This document shows, piece by piece, positions 21,509-30,030 of a stretch of 32,000 nucleotides of DNA. The notes under the pieces are model-generated. The model was not told where the DNA came from and ran no database searches. It saw nothing but the letters and a program-made list of their open reading frames with translations. The stretch is taken from positions 150,001 to 182,000 of the forward strand of contig NZ_CP047960.1 in NCBI RefSeq assembly GCF_014280195.1, given 5' to 3'. The position numbers and the translations under genes are program-made. The stretch's first letter is position 1, and each line of letters starts with the position of its first letter. This DNA comes from Synechococcus sp. A15-24. Lineage in GTDB: Bacteria; Cyanobacteriota; Cyanobacteriia; PCC-6307; Cyanobiaceae.

Positions 21509-21886
21509 TTAGAAGGGGATCTCTTCATCCGTGGCCTGGCCACCGAAGCTGCCAGAGGCCTCCTGGTTGTCTCGCTTGGAGCCCAGCAGTTCAAGGCGAT
21601 CGACGCGGACAACCGGTTTGCTGCGTTCTTCACCGCTGTTGCGGTCGGTCCAGCGATCCAGCTTGAAGCTGCCGATGATGCCCAGCAGCGAGCCTTTTTT
21701 CACGTAATCAGCGGCCACCTGGGCCTGTTTGCCCCAGATCTCGAGGTTGAACCAGTCCGGCTCGTCGTCGCGGCTGCGGCGATTCACGGCCATCGTGAGG
21801 TTGGCAACCATGCTTCCCGATTCGAAGTAGCGCACTTCGGGGTCGCGGCCGGCACGGCCGACGAGGGTGACGGAATTCACGCCCAT
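21509..21886 (-). CDS. ssb: Single-stranded DNA-binding protein
   Basis: 125 aa. NSVTLVGRAGRDPEVRYFESGSMVANLTMAVNRR...WFNLEIWGKQAQVAADYVKKGSLLGIIGSFKLDRW OB fold and an acidic tail DEEIPF. Confidence 0.95.
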   Translation of the reverse strand: MGVNSVTLVGRAGRDPEVRYFESGSMVANLTMAVNRRSRDDEPDWFNLEIWGKQAQVAADYVKKGSLLGIIGSFKLDRWTDRNSGEERSKPVVRVDRLELLGSKRDNQEASGSFGGQATDEEIPF

Positions 21887-22019
21887 GGGTCTTCTCCTTG
21901 TGTTGGTTTCAATGATGCGCCACGGTTTCTGTGGCTGCTTTCAAGGAGTTCCACCCCTCCCGCCGGATGTAACAGGCAGGGTCGAATTCCACCCCTATGA
22001 TTCGCCGGCCTGAGGTCCT

Positions 22020-23078
22020 GTGGCCGTGCTGTTTCGTCGTTTCCAGCTGTCTCGCGACATCGGCATCGACCTGGGCACTGCCAACACGCTGATTTACGTC
22101 TCAGGTAAAGGCATCGTGCTACAGGAGCCCTCTGTGGTGGCACTGGATCTTGAGCGTGGCGCCACCCTCGCGGTGGGTGACGAAGCCAAATTGATGCTGG
22201 GCCGGACCCCGGGGAACATCCGCGCCGTGCGGCCGCTGCGCGACGGTGTGATCGCTGATTTCGATGCAGCAGAGCAGATGCTTAAGACCTTCATCACCAA
22301 GGGCAATGAAGGCAGAGGGATCATGGCGCCCCGTTTGGTGGTGGGTATCCCCAGTGGCGTCACCGGCGTTGAGCGTCGCGCCGTGCGTGAGGCCGGCATG
22401 GCCGGCGCTCGCGAGGTGCATCTGATCGATGAGCCGGTGGCCGCTGCCATCGGTGCCGGCCTGCCGGTCACCGAACCCGTCGGCACGATGATCGTCGACA
22501 TCGGCGGTGGCACCACGGAGGTGGCGGTATTGAGCCTCGGTGGCACGGTGCTCAGTGAATCCGTGCGCGTCGCCGGTGATGAGATCAGTGATGCAATCGG
22601 CGTTTATCTCAAGAAGGTCCACAACATGGTGGTGGGCGAGCGCACTGCGGAAGACATCAAGATCCGCATTGGCTCTGCGTTCCCCGATGATGCCTTCGAT
22701 CAGGAGTCGATGGACGTGCGAGGGCTGCACCTCCTCTCTGGACTGCCCCGCACCATCAACCTCAAAGCCGGAGACCTGAGGGAAGCGATCGCCGAGCCCC
22801 TCAACGTGATCGTTGAAGCTGTGAAGCGCACCCTCGAGCGCACCCCCCCCGAACTGGCTGCCGACATCGTCGATCGCGGCATCATGCTGGCCGGAGGTGG
22901 AGCGTTGGTGCGCGGTATCAGTGATCTGATCAGCCACGAGACCGGCATCTTTGTGCACATCGCAGAAGACCCTCTCCTCTGCGTGGTCAATGGCTGCGGC
23001 CAGGTGCTGGAGGACTGGAAGCGCCTGCAGCGTGTTGTGGACACGCCGGAATTCATCCGCTCCCCCGCCGGCGCCTGA
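22020..23078 (+). CDS. mreB: Rod shape-determining protein MreB
   Basis: 352 aa with a GTG start. IGIDLGTANTLIYVSGKGIVLQEPSVVA, VVGIPSGVTGVERRAVREA, MIVDIGGGTTEVAVLSLGG, IMLAGGGALVRGI. Confidence 0.96.
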   Translation: MAVLFRRFQLSRDIGIDLGTANTLIYVSGKGIVLQEPSVVALDLERGATLAVGDEAKLMLGRTPGNIRAVRPLRDGVIADFDAAEQMLKTFITKGNEGRGIMAPRLVVGIPSGVTGVERRAVREAGMAGAREVHLIDEPVAAAIGAGLPVTEPVGTMIVDIGGGTTEVAVLSLGGTVLSESVRVAGDEISDAIGVYLKKVHNMVVGERTAEDIKIRIGSAFPDDAFDQESMDVRGLHLLSGLPRTINLKAGDLREAIAEPLNVIVEAVKRTLERTPPELAADIVDRGIMLAGGGALVRGISDLISHETGIFVHIAEDPLLCVVNGCGQVLEDWKRLQRVVDTPEFIRSPAGA

Positions 23079-23082
23079 GCCC

Positions 23083-23829
23083 ATGGCCCCAACGCTGCGG
23101 CCTGGGAACAGTCGCTGGCGCGGACTGGGTCAGTTCACCCCTTGGCTTCTGCTGTTGGCAGGCCTGGTGTTGGTGCGTTTCAGCAAAGGTGCCGGATTCG
23201 CTGACGCCTATGCCTTGCTCAGCCGCCCGTTCTGGCCCGGTTCAGCCCAGCGGGAATGGATTGTGGCCGCCAGCGATCTGGAACAGAAATCCAGGTTGTC
23301 GCTCCTGGAGCAAGACAACCAGCGCCTGCGCGGTCTTCTGGCTCTTCAGGAGGCTGGCGCTGCTGAAGGTGTGGTGTCTGCGGCGGTGATTGCCCGCCGC
23401 CCCCGTGGCTGGTGGCAGCAACTGGAGCTCGGCAAGGGTGCTCTCCAGGGCATCGCCGTGAACGACGCCGTCCTGGGGCCTGGGGGACTGCTGGGCCGGG
23501 TCTCGAGCACGACACCCGCTACGGCACGGGTGAAATTGCTCACCTCTCCAGGCCACGAGATCGGCGTTTGGTTGCCCCGCTCCCGCCGCCATGGCCTGCT
23601 GGTGGGTCTGGGCTCCAGTCGACCTCAGCTGCGCTTTATCGATCGCGATCCTGATGTGCGGCCGGGTGATCTGGTGAGCACGTCGCCAGCCAGCACGTTG
23701 CTGCCGCCCAACATTCCTGTGGGGGTGGTTCAGGCCGTGGACGAGCAGGCGGCGCCGGCCACCACCGCTGTGGTGCAGCTGATCGCTGCGCCGGAGGCCA
23801 TCGACTGGGTGCAGGTGAAGACGCGCTGA
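23083..23829 (+). CDS. mreC: Rod shape-determining protein MreC
   Basis: Track ORF 22951..23829 trimmed to the ATG at 23083, 4 nt after the mreB stop. It has an N-terminal membrane anchor WLLLLAGLVLV, coiled-coil LLEQDNQRLRGLLAL and a beta-barrel region GIAVNDAVLGPGGLLGRV...PPNIPVGVV. Confidence 0.85.
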   Translation: MAPTLRPGNSRWRGLGQFTPWLLLLAGLVLVRFSKGAGFADAYALLSRPFWPGSAQREWIVAASDLEQKSRLSLLEQDNQRLRGLLALQEAGAAEGVVSAAVIARRPRGWWQQLELGKGALQGIAVNDAVLGPGGLLGRVSSTTPATARVKLLTSPGHEIGVWLPRSRRHGLLVGLGSSRPQLRFIDRDPDVRPGDLVSTSPASTLLPPNIPVGVVQAVDEQAAPATTAVVQLIAAPEAIDWVQVKTR

Positions 23830-23831
23830 CC

Positions 23832-24341
23832 ATGGCCCGCCTGCATCAACAGCCGATCTGTGTGGCCTCAAGCCTGCTCGTGCCATTGGCCACCCTCGCC
23901 ACACCTCCCTGGCTGGGTCTCGATGGCGTCCCACCGTCTTGGGCTGTGATCTGGCTGTTGCCCTGGGCGTTGGTGGAGGGTCCGCTTTCCGGAGCGTTGT
24001 CCGGCTTGGCGGTGGGATTGGTGATGGATGGTCTGCATCTGTCGGGTTGGAGTCAGATTCCGGCGTTGGTGCTGCTGGGTTGGTGGTGGGGGCGGCTCGG
24101 GCGTCGCGCCCAGCCAATTCAACGCAGCCTCAATCTCGGTTTGCTGGCTTGGCTGGGGTCCATGCTCCTGGGTACCACGGTGTTGGTTCAACTAGTGATT
24201 CGTTCCGGCTGGCCGCTGGAGCCCCAGCTGCAGGGCTGGGGGTGGCACACCCTCTGGTGTCAGGCTCTGATCACCGGGCTGCTGGCACCGATGCTCGCGT
24301 CTGTTCAACTGCTGATCTGGCGACGGAGGGTGCCGTCATGA
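23832..24341 (+). CDS. mreD: Rod shape-determining protein MreD
   Basis: 169 aa, starting 2 nt after mreC. It is polytopic and hydrophobic (WAVIWLLPWALVEGPLSGALSGLAVGLVMDGLH), in the canonical mreBCD position. Confidence 0.75.
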   Translation: MARLHQQPICVASSLLVPLATLATPPWLGLDGVPPSWAVIWLLPWALVEGPLSGALSGLAVGLVMDGLHLSGWSQIPALVLLGWWWGRLGRRAQPIQRSLNLGLLAWLGSMLLGTTVLVQLVIRSGWPLEPQLQGWGWHTLWCQALITGLLAPMLASVQLLIWRRRVPS

Positions 24342-25627
24342 GACTCAGCCGCCGGGAGCTGCTGATGGGATCCGTCGCGGCAGGGCTGGCGGCCTGCAGT
24401 CGATCTCCGTCGCAGCAGCGGTCCTTGGAGCTCTGGACCCTGCAACTGGCTCCCAAATTCAATGACTACTTCGCTGATGTGCTCGGGGTTTGGCAGCAAC
24501 GCCACCCGGCTGCGGCCGTCCGCTGGACGGACCTCCCTTGGGGTTCAGTGGAGCGCAAGCTGCTGGCGGCCGTTTACGCCCGTACGGCGCCCGATGTGGT
24601 GAATCTCAACCCGCCGTTTGCCGCCAATCTCGCCAGCAAGGGGGGACTGACGGATCTGACTACGCTGCTGCCTCCGCATGCCGCTGATCTTTATCTTCCG
24701 TCCGTCTGGGATGCCTGTCGCGATGCCGATGCCGGGCAGATCGCGATTCCCTGGTACCTCACGGTTCGCCTCAGCCTGGTCAACCGAAGGTTGATTGAGC
24801 GCGCTGGCATTGATCAGCCCCCCAGATGTTGGGAGCAGATTCCCGACTTTGCGCGCAGGATCCGCGAGCGAACCGGTCGTTACGGACTGTTTATCACGAC
24901 CGTGCCGGATGACTCGGCGGAGTTGCTGGAGTCCTTTGTGCAGATGGGGGTCACCCTGCTGGATGGCCAGCGCCGGGCTGCCTTCGACAGTCCAGCCGGT
25001 CGCCAGGCCTTCCGCTTCTGGACGGATCTGTACCGGCAGGGACTGCTTCCCCGGGAGGTGGTCAGCCAGGGGCAGCGCCGAGCGATCGAACTGTTCCAGA
25101 GCGGTGATCTCGCCATGGCAGCCACCGGCGCGGAGTTTTTGCGCAGCATTCAGGTGAATGCCCCGGGCATCGCCGCCGCAACGGAACCGCATCCGCCCCT
25201 CACCGGACCTGATGGCACGGCCAATGTGGCCGTGATGACCCTGGCTGTTCCGCAGCAAAGTGCGCGCGCCCAGGAGGCCGTGGATCTGGCCTTGTTCCTC
25301 ACCAATGCCGCCAACCAAACCCGTTTTGCTGAACAGGCCCGGGTGCTGCCCTCGTCCGTTGACGCTCTGGCGGCGGTGCGCTCGTCTCTGGAGCAGGAAC
25401 AACCCAGCACCGAGCCGGAGCGGCAGATCCGCAGGGCCCGTTTGCTCTCCGCCCAGACCCTCACGCAGGCCAGGGTTCTGGTGCCTGCATTGCCGGGCAT
25501 CAAGCGTCTGCAGAGCATCGTGTACACCCAGCTGCAGCGCGCAATGCTGGGGCAGTTGAGCAGCGACGCAGCGCTCGGAGAGGCGGCCCGTGAATGGAAC
25601 CTGTATTCCCAGGCCCGATGGCCCTAA
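24338..25627 (+). CDS. ABC transporter substrate-binding lipoprotein (family 1, sugar-type)
   Basis: Track ORF 23939..25627 trimmed to the ATG at 24338, which overlaps the mreD TGA (ATGA). Signal MRLSRRELLMGSVAAGLAAC has a lipobox-like Cys. DVVNLNPPFAANLASKGGL and IAIPWYLTVRLSLVN are typical of SBP_bac_1 proteins. Confidence 0.8.
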   Translation: MRLSRRELLMGSVAAGLAACSRSPSQQRSLELWTLQLAPKFNDYFADVLGVWQQRHPAAAVRWTDLPWGSVERKLLAAVYARTAPDVVNLNPPFAANLASKGGLTDLTTLLPPHAADLYLPSVWDACRDADAGQIAIPWYLTVRLSLVNRRLIERAGIDQPPRCWEQIPDFARRIRERTGRYGLFITTVPDDSAELLESFVQMGVTLLDGQRRAAFDSPAGRQAFRFWTDLYRQGLLPREVVSQGQRRAIELFQSGDLAMAATGAEFLRSIQVNAPGIAAATEPHPPLTGPDGTANVAVMTLAVPQQSARAQEAVDLALFLTNAANQTRFAEQARVLPSSVDALAAVRSSLEQEQPSTEPERQIRRARLLSAQTLTQARVLVPALPGIKRLQSIVYTQLQRAMLGQLSSDAALGEAAREWNLYSQARWP

Positions 25628-25691
25628 CCGAGGCCGAACATCCTTAAGAGAATCGGTAAAGGGAATGCGGCAGAAGCGCTTTCGTCCCGAT

Positions 25692-25739
25692 CCGTTCGGG
25701 TTGAACGGTATGGTTTCAACCTGTTAAGCCAGGTTGATG
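25692..25739 (+). promoter_or_regulatory. Alternative-hairpin RNA element overlapping the response-regulator start codon region
   Basis: H1 is 25692-25697/25703-25708 (CCGTTC/GAACGG). H2 is 25717-25723/25730-25736 (CAACCTG/CAGGTTG), ending 1 nt before ATG 25737. The competing helix is 25697-25705/25715-25723 (9 bp including one G-U) and excludes both H1 and H2. Confidence 0.3.
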
Positions 25740-26498
25740 TCTGGTGACGCCCTGAGCCAAACAAAAGCCACTGTTCTCGTTGTTGATGACGAGGCAGCTG
25801 TCAGGCGCGTGCTCGTGATGCGCCTGCAGCTGTCGGGGTATCGCGTTGTTTGCGCTGAAGACGGTGAGCAGGCCCTTGAGCTGTTTCACAGCGAGTCGCC
25901 CGACCTGGTAGTTCTTGATGTGATGCTGCCGAAGCTGGATGGCTTCGCTGTCTGTCGGCGGCTTCGGGCCGAATCCTGCGTCCCGATCATCTTTCTTTCC
26001 GCCGTCGACGCCATTTCCGAGAAAGTTGCTGGCTTGGATCTGGGAGCTGACGATTACCTGCCAAAACCGTTCAGCCCTAAGGAACTTGAGGCACGCATCT
26101 CCACCATCCTGCGCAGAGTCGGTCGAGGTGCTGCCGAAATTGAGAGCCGTGAGCTGCCCACAGGGCAAGGCGTGATGCGTCTCGGTGAGCTGGTGGTGGA
26201 CACCAACCGCCGTCAGGTCACCCGCGGTGCTGAACGGATCAACCTCACCTACACCGAATTCAGCCTGCTGGAATTGTTGTTCCGTGAACCCGGCGAGGTG
26301 GTGCCGCGGGCAGAAATTCTGGAGCAGCTCTGGGGGTATCCGCCGCGCCGTGCTGCGGACCTGCGTGTGGTAGACGTTTACGTGGCGCGACTGCGGGGCA
26401 AGTTGGAGCCAGATCCCCGCAATCCCGAGCTGATTCTGACTGTTCGTGGCATCGGCTACTGCTCTCAGCGTCTGGGAGAGACCGCGGCGACGGCCTGA
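25737..26498 (+). CDS. OmpR-family two-component response regulator (RpaB-like paralog)
   Basis: Receiver domain VLVVDDEAAVRRVLVMRLQLSGYRVVCAEDGEQALELF...PDLVVLDVMLPKLDGFAVC...GADDYLPKPFSPKELEARI. Winged-helix output LTYTEFSLLELLFREPGEVVPRAEILEQLWGY...VVDVYVARLRGKLE...ILTVRGIGY. I prefer ATG 25737 over the track TTG at 25734. Confidence 0.9.
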   Translation: MSGDALSQTKATVLVVDDEAAVRRVLVMRLQLSGYRVVCAEDGEQALELFHSESPDLVVLDVMLPKLDGFAVCRRLRAESCVPIIFLSAVDAISEKVAGLDLGADDYLPKPFSPKELEARISTILRRVGRGAAEIESRELPTGQGVMRLGELVVDTNRRQVTRGAERINLTYTEFSLLELLFREPGEVVPRAEILEQLWGYPPRRAADLRVVDVYVARLRGKLEPDPRNPELILTVRGIGYCSQRLGETAATA

Positions 26499-26543
26499 TC
26501 CCCCCGCGAGCGGGCAGGATGGCGCCCGATTGACCCGTCTGCT

Positions 26544-28052
26544 GTGTCTGAGCTGCGCGACACCCGTTTGGAGAAATCCCAGGCGCTGGCTGATCTGGGC
26601 CAGGGTCCCTACGCCCTCAACTTTGAGCCAACCCATCGCATGGCGGCCCTGCAGGAGGCCCATGCCGACCTCCCCAATGGCGAGGAACGTGCGGTGACGG
26701 TGTCCGTCGCCGGACGGGTGATGACCCGGCGGGTGATGGGCAAGCTCGCTTTCTTCACCCTGGCGGATGAGACCGGAACCATTCAGCTGTTTCTCGAGAA
26801 AGCGAGCCTGGAGGCCCAGCAGGAGGGCTGGTTCAAGCAGATCACCGGGCTGGTGGATGGTGGCGACTGGCTTGGGGTGAGCGGCACGCTGCGCCGCACC
26901 GATCGCGGTGAGTTGTCGGTGAAGGTGAGCGATTGGCGCATGCTCACCAAGGCGCTGCAACCGCTGCCGGATAAGTGGCATGGCCTGGCCGATGTGGAGA
27001 AGCGCTATCGCCAGCGCTATCTCGACCTCATCGTGTCGCCAGACAGCCGGGAGACCTTCCGCCGCCGGGCACGGCTGGTGAGCGGCATCCGCCGCTGGCT
27101 GGATCAGCGGGATTTTCTCGAAATTGAGACGCCGGTGCTGCAGAGCGAACCGGGCGGTGCCGATGCTCGACCCTTCGAGACCCACCACAACGCCCTGGAT
27201 CTTCCCCTCACCCTGCGCATCGCCACCGAACTACATCTCAAACGCCTGGTGGTGGGTGGCTTCGAGCGGGTGTATGAGCTGGGCCGGATCTTTCGCAACG
27301 AAGGGGTCAGCACCCGCCACAACCCTGAATTCACCTCGGTGGAGATCTATCAGGCCTATTCCGATTACATCGGAATGATGGAGCTCACCGAGCAGATGGT
27401 GAGCGCTGTTTGTCAGGAGGTGTGTGGCAGTTGTCAGATCACCTATCAGGACACCGAGATTGATCTCAGCCCTCCCTGGCGCCGGGCCACCATGCATGAG
27501 CTGGTTGCGGAAGCCACCGGTCTTGATTTCCAGAGTTTCCAGAGCCGTGAGGAGGCCGCGGCGGCGATGACTTCCAAGGGCCTGCATGCGCCTGAACTGG
27601 CGGACTCCGTGGGGCGTCTGCTGAATGAAGCCTTCGAGCAGGCGGTGGAGACAACGCTGATCCAACCCACCTTTGTGACCGATTACCCGGTGGAGATTTC
27701 ACCGCTGGCCCGACCTCACCGCAGCAAACCCGGCCTGGTGGAACGGTTTGAGCTGTTCATCGTTGGCCGCGAGCATGCCAATGCATTCAGTGAGCTCACC
27801 GATCCGGTGGATCAGCGGCAGCGTCTGGAGGCCCAGCAGGCCCGTAAGGCCGCCGGGGATCTCGAAGCGCAGGGGTTAGATGAAGACTTCGTCACGGCCC
27901 TCGAGGTGGGCATGCCTCCCACCGGTGGGTTAGGCATTGGCATCGATCGTTTGGTGATGCTGCTCACGGACAGCCCGTCGATCCGCGATGTGATCGCCTT
28001 CCCACTCCTGCGGCCGGAGCCCAGGGCGGAGGATGCCCCCGCAATGGGATAA
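26544..28052 (+). CDS. lysS: Lysine--tRNA ligase (class II)
   Basis: 502 aa with a GTG start. Anticodon-binding [33 protein letters not shown] and class II motifs [61 protein letters not shown]. Confidence 0.96.
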   Translation: MSELRDTRLEKSQALADLGQGPYALNFEPTHRMAALQEAHADLPNGEERAVTVSVAGRVMTRRVMGKLAFFTLADETGTIQLFLEKASLEAQQEGWFKQITGLVDGGDWLGVSGTLRRTDRGELSVKVSDWRMLTKALQPLPDKWHGLADVEKRYRQRYLDLIVSPDSRETFRRRARLVSGIRRWLDQRDFLEIETPVLQSEPGGADARPFETHHNALDLPLTLRIATELHLKRLVVGGFERVYELGRIFRNEGVSTRHNPEFTSVEIYQAYSDYIGMMELTEQMVSAVCQEVCGSCQITYQDTEIDLSPPWRRATMHELVAEATGLDFQSFQSREEAAAAMTSKGLHAPELADSVGRLLNEAFEQAVETTLIQPTFVTDYPVEISPLARPHRSKPGLVERFELFIVGREHANAFSELTDPVDQRQRLEAQQARKAAGDLEAQGLDEDFVTALEVGMPPTGGLGIGIDRLVMLLTDSPSIRDVIAFPLLRPEPRAEDAPAMG

Positions 28053-28079
28053 TTCACCCAGTGGCATGGTCCGAATCCC

Positions 28080-28343
28080 ATGAGTGGAGAGCGCGTAGGG
28101 TTCCGCTTCAAGCACGCTGATGCTGTGGTCAAGCGCAACCCCCAGGGCCGTTCCCGCCGGGGTTGGGTGATGGAACCGGTGGAGCAGACCACCAGCCGTG
28201 GCACCAAGATGCCCGCTTATCGGATTCGCTGGCGCGATAGCGAGCGCCCTGAAATCGTGCTGCAGCACATGCTGATTGCGGACCCGGATCCCACGCCTCC
28301 GCCCGAGGGTGTCAGCCTTGATCCCCCCGCCCCCAAGGCCTGA
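28080..28343 (+). CDS. Small hypothetical protein
   Basis: 87-aa ORF with host-like composition, filling the lysS-to-coiled-coil gene gap exactly. Basic N-terminal half and a Pro-rich tail DPDPTPPPEGVSLDPPAPKA. No motif I recognise with certainty. Confidence 0.4.
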   Translation: MSGERVGFRFKHADAVVKRNPQGRSRRGWVMEPVEQTTSRGTKMPAYRIRWRDSERPEIVLQHMLIADPDPTPPPEGVSLDPPAPKA

Positions 28344-28344
28344 G

Positions 28345-28821
28345 TCAGTTCAGGCCGGCGTCACGGCGTAACTGCTCCAGTTCCTGTTCCGCTTCGAACA
28401 GGGCCCAGTCCCGATCAAGGGAAGTCACACCACTGCGCTGTTGCTGGCTCAGTTCGTGCAGTTGCTGATCCACTTCCTGGAACCGCCGGCCCAGGTCAGC
28501 CAGGTCCATCCATAGCGTTCGTCCCTGATTCATCAGGCCGTTGAGATGCTGTTCAGCCCGTTGGCTGAGCTCCTTCTCACCGGCACGTTTGGCTCGCTCC
28601 GTACGCTCCGTCCAGGCGCGGACGTCTGCGGCGAGGGCGAGGAGCTGTTTTCGCTGTTCCTCGGCATCCTGTTGCAATTGCTGCCGTTGGCGCTGCAGGG
28701 ACTGAGCTCGGTCCAGCTGGTGTTGCTGCCTGAACAACTCCTCCTGTACGGGGTTCTGGCTCAGAAACGCAGCCAGCCGTTGGTCCAGCTCCCGTTCCAG
28801 TTGCTCCAGCCAGTTGCTCAT
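28345..28821 (-). CDS. Hypothetical coiled-coil protein (Gln/Arg/Glu-rich)
   Basis: 158 aa. Heptad-like, highly charged sequence throughout (LEQLERELDQRLAAF...QRQRQQLQQDAEEQRKQLLALAADVRAW...). Its ATG overlaps the stop of the upstream small gene (ATGA at 28818-28821). Confidence 0.6.
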   Translation of the reverse strand: MSNWLEQLERELDQRLAAFLSQNPVQEELFRQQHQLDRAQSLQRQRQQLQQDAEEQRKQLLALAADVRAWTERTERAKRAGEKELSQRAEQHLNGLMNQGRTLWMDLADLGRRFQEVDQQLHELSQQQRSGVTSLDRDWALFEAEQELEQLRRDAGLN

Positions 28822-29054
28822 GGGTTGCTCCCCGGTGTGGTGATCACCGGTTTCTCGATCTCGGCTTGCAGGGGTTCGATCGCGGCTGTCTTCGAGTTGA
28901 GGATTATCTGGGTCAACTGCGCCGCTTTCACTTCGCCGACCTCTCCCTCCAGTCCACCAAGACGATCAAACGCTGCCAGGTATACAGCTTCAAGCTCCTG
29001 GATCAGCTGCTCGCGCTGCTGCTTAATCGCCTGACGCCGTTCCTCGGTTTTCAT
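28818..29054 (-). CDS. Small hypothetical helical protein
   Basis: Track ORF 28818..29126 trimmed to Met25 (cat at 29052-29054; MKTEERRQAIKQQREQLIQELEAVYL..., 78 aa). An AGGTGA Shine-Dalgarno-like sequence lies 6 nt upstream. It starts 22 nt after the egtD stop and is translationally coupled to the next gene. Confidence 0.45.
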   Translation of the reverse strand: MKTEERRQAIKQQREQLIQELEAVYLAAFDRLGGLEGEVGEVKAAQLTQIILNSKTAAIEPLQAEIEKPVITTPGSNP

Positions 29055-29076
29055 CGCACTCACCTGGAATTCTGGT

Positions 29077-30030
29077 TCAGTCTGCCGGCTGCAGCAGATG
29101 CATCGATAGGTGATCCTCAGCGTCATGCCAGCGTTCCTGGATCGTCCAGCCGGCTCGCAGGGCCAGCTCGGCAGCGGCGGCGGGGCTGTATTTCACGCTG
29201 TGCTCCGTGATCCAGAGGTCACCGGTAGTGAAGGACCAGGGTCGCCCTGCCAACTGGACGGTCTGATCGCAACGGCTCACCAGTGCCATCTCGATGCGAC
29301 TCGCCTGAGGTTGCCAACGGGCTCGATAGGCAAAGGATGTTGGGTCGATGTTTCCTTGCAGATCGCGATTCAGCCGTGTCAGCAGGTTGCGGGCGAAGGC
29401 TGCAGAGACCCCTGCTGCATCGTCGTAGGCGGCCTCCAGCAGCGTTGGATCGCGGGGTTGGTCCAGCCCCAGCAGTAGCGGCCCACCGCGGAGCAGGTGG
29501 CGAAACCGTCTCAATAGTTCTATGGCCTGATCAGGACTGAAGTTGCCCAGGGAACTTCCCGGAAAGAACCCCACAAGAGGTTGTCCATCCAGCAGTGGAT
29601 GGGCCGGCAGGGCCTCTAGTTGGCTGTGGTCGCAGCAGATCCCCAGCATTGAAACCGTCGGATGATCCGCCCTCAGCGCCTCCAGCGCCTCCTGCAGCGC
29701 CGAAGAGCTGATGTCCAATGCCACAAAGGTGCTGGCATGCATGGCGTTCAACAGGGGGGACACCTTGGGGGCATGGCCGATGCCGAATTCCACCATCACC
29801 CCCTGGCCAACCGCAGCGGCCAAGGCCTTCGCATGCTGATCCAGCATGGCCAGTTCCGTGCGCGTCAGGCTGTATTCGGGTTGTTCGCAGATCGCAGCGA
29901 ACAACCGTGAGCCTTCGTCGTCATACAGCAGCCAGGCTGGGAGCTGCCGAGGGCGGCTACGCAGGCCGTCTTCCACCAGCCGACGCAGATCGGCGGGCGC
30001 AGGGTGGAGATCCAGCAGCTCGATGGTCAT
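29077..30030 (-). CDS. egtD: L-histidine N-alpha-methyltransferase (ergothioneine biosynthesis EgtD)
   Basis: Track ORF trimmed to Met90 (cat at 30028-30030; 317 aa). LPAWLLYDDEGSRLFAAICEQPEYSLTRTELAML, EFGIGHAPKVSPLL, FFPGSSLGNFSP and ITEHSVKYS match the EgtD/Methyltransf_33 pattern. Confidence 0.85.
   Translation of the reverse strand: MTIELLDLHPAPADLRRLVEDGLRSRPRQLPAWLLYDDEGSRLFAAICEQPEYSLTRTELAMLDQHAKALAAAVGQGVMVEFGIGHAPKVSPLLNAMHASTFVALDISSSALQEALEALRADHPTVSMLGICCDHSQLEALPAHPLLDGQPLVGFFPGSSLGNFSPDQAIELLRRFRHLLRGGPLLLGLDQPRDPTLLEAAYDDAAGVSAAFARNLLTRLNRDLQGNIDPTSFAYRARWQPQASRIEMALVSRCDQTVQLAGRPWSFTTGDLWITEHSVKYSPAAAAELALRAGWTIQERWHDAEDHLSMHLLQPAD

Noticed and set aside
21975-22000. tRNA-like T-arm sequence GGTCGAATTCC in the ssb-mreB spacer
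   Set aside because: There is no complementary T-stem, acceptor stem or anticodon arm around it, so this is not a tRNA or a recognisable tRNA remnant.
22119-23084. 321-aa minus-strand ORF
   Set aside because: Antisense to mreB. Its composition is biased (His/Asp/Gly/Ala) and no motifs are present.
23242-24117. 291-aa minus-strand ORF, with similar ones at 24545..25402 (-) and 29718..30494 (+)
   Set aside because: All are antisense to well-supported genes (mreC/mreD, the ABC binding protein, egtD/egtB) and have Arg/Pro/Gly-rich junk-like translations.
25716-27188. 490-aa minus-strand ORF, the longest unexplained ORF in the track
   Set aside because: It spans the antisense of both the response regulator and lysS, crossing their intergenic gap. 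It has no recognisable motifs, and its existence is explained by stop-codon depletion in G+C-rich DNA.
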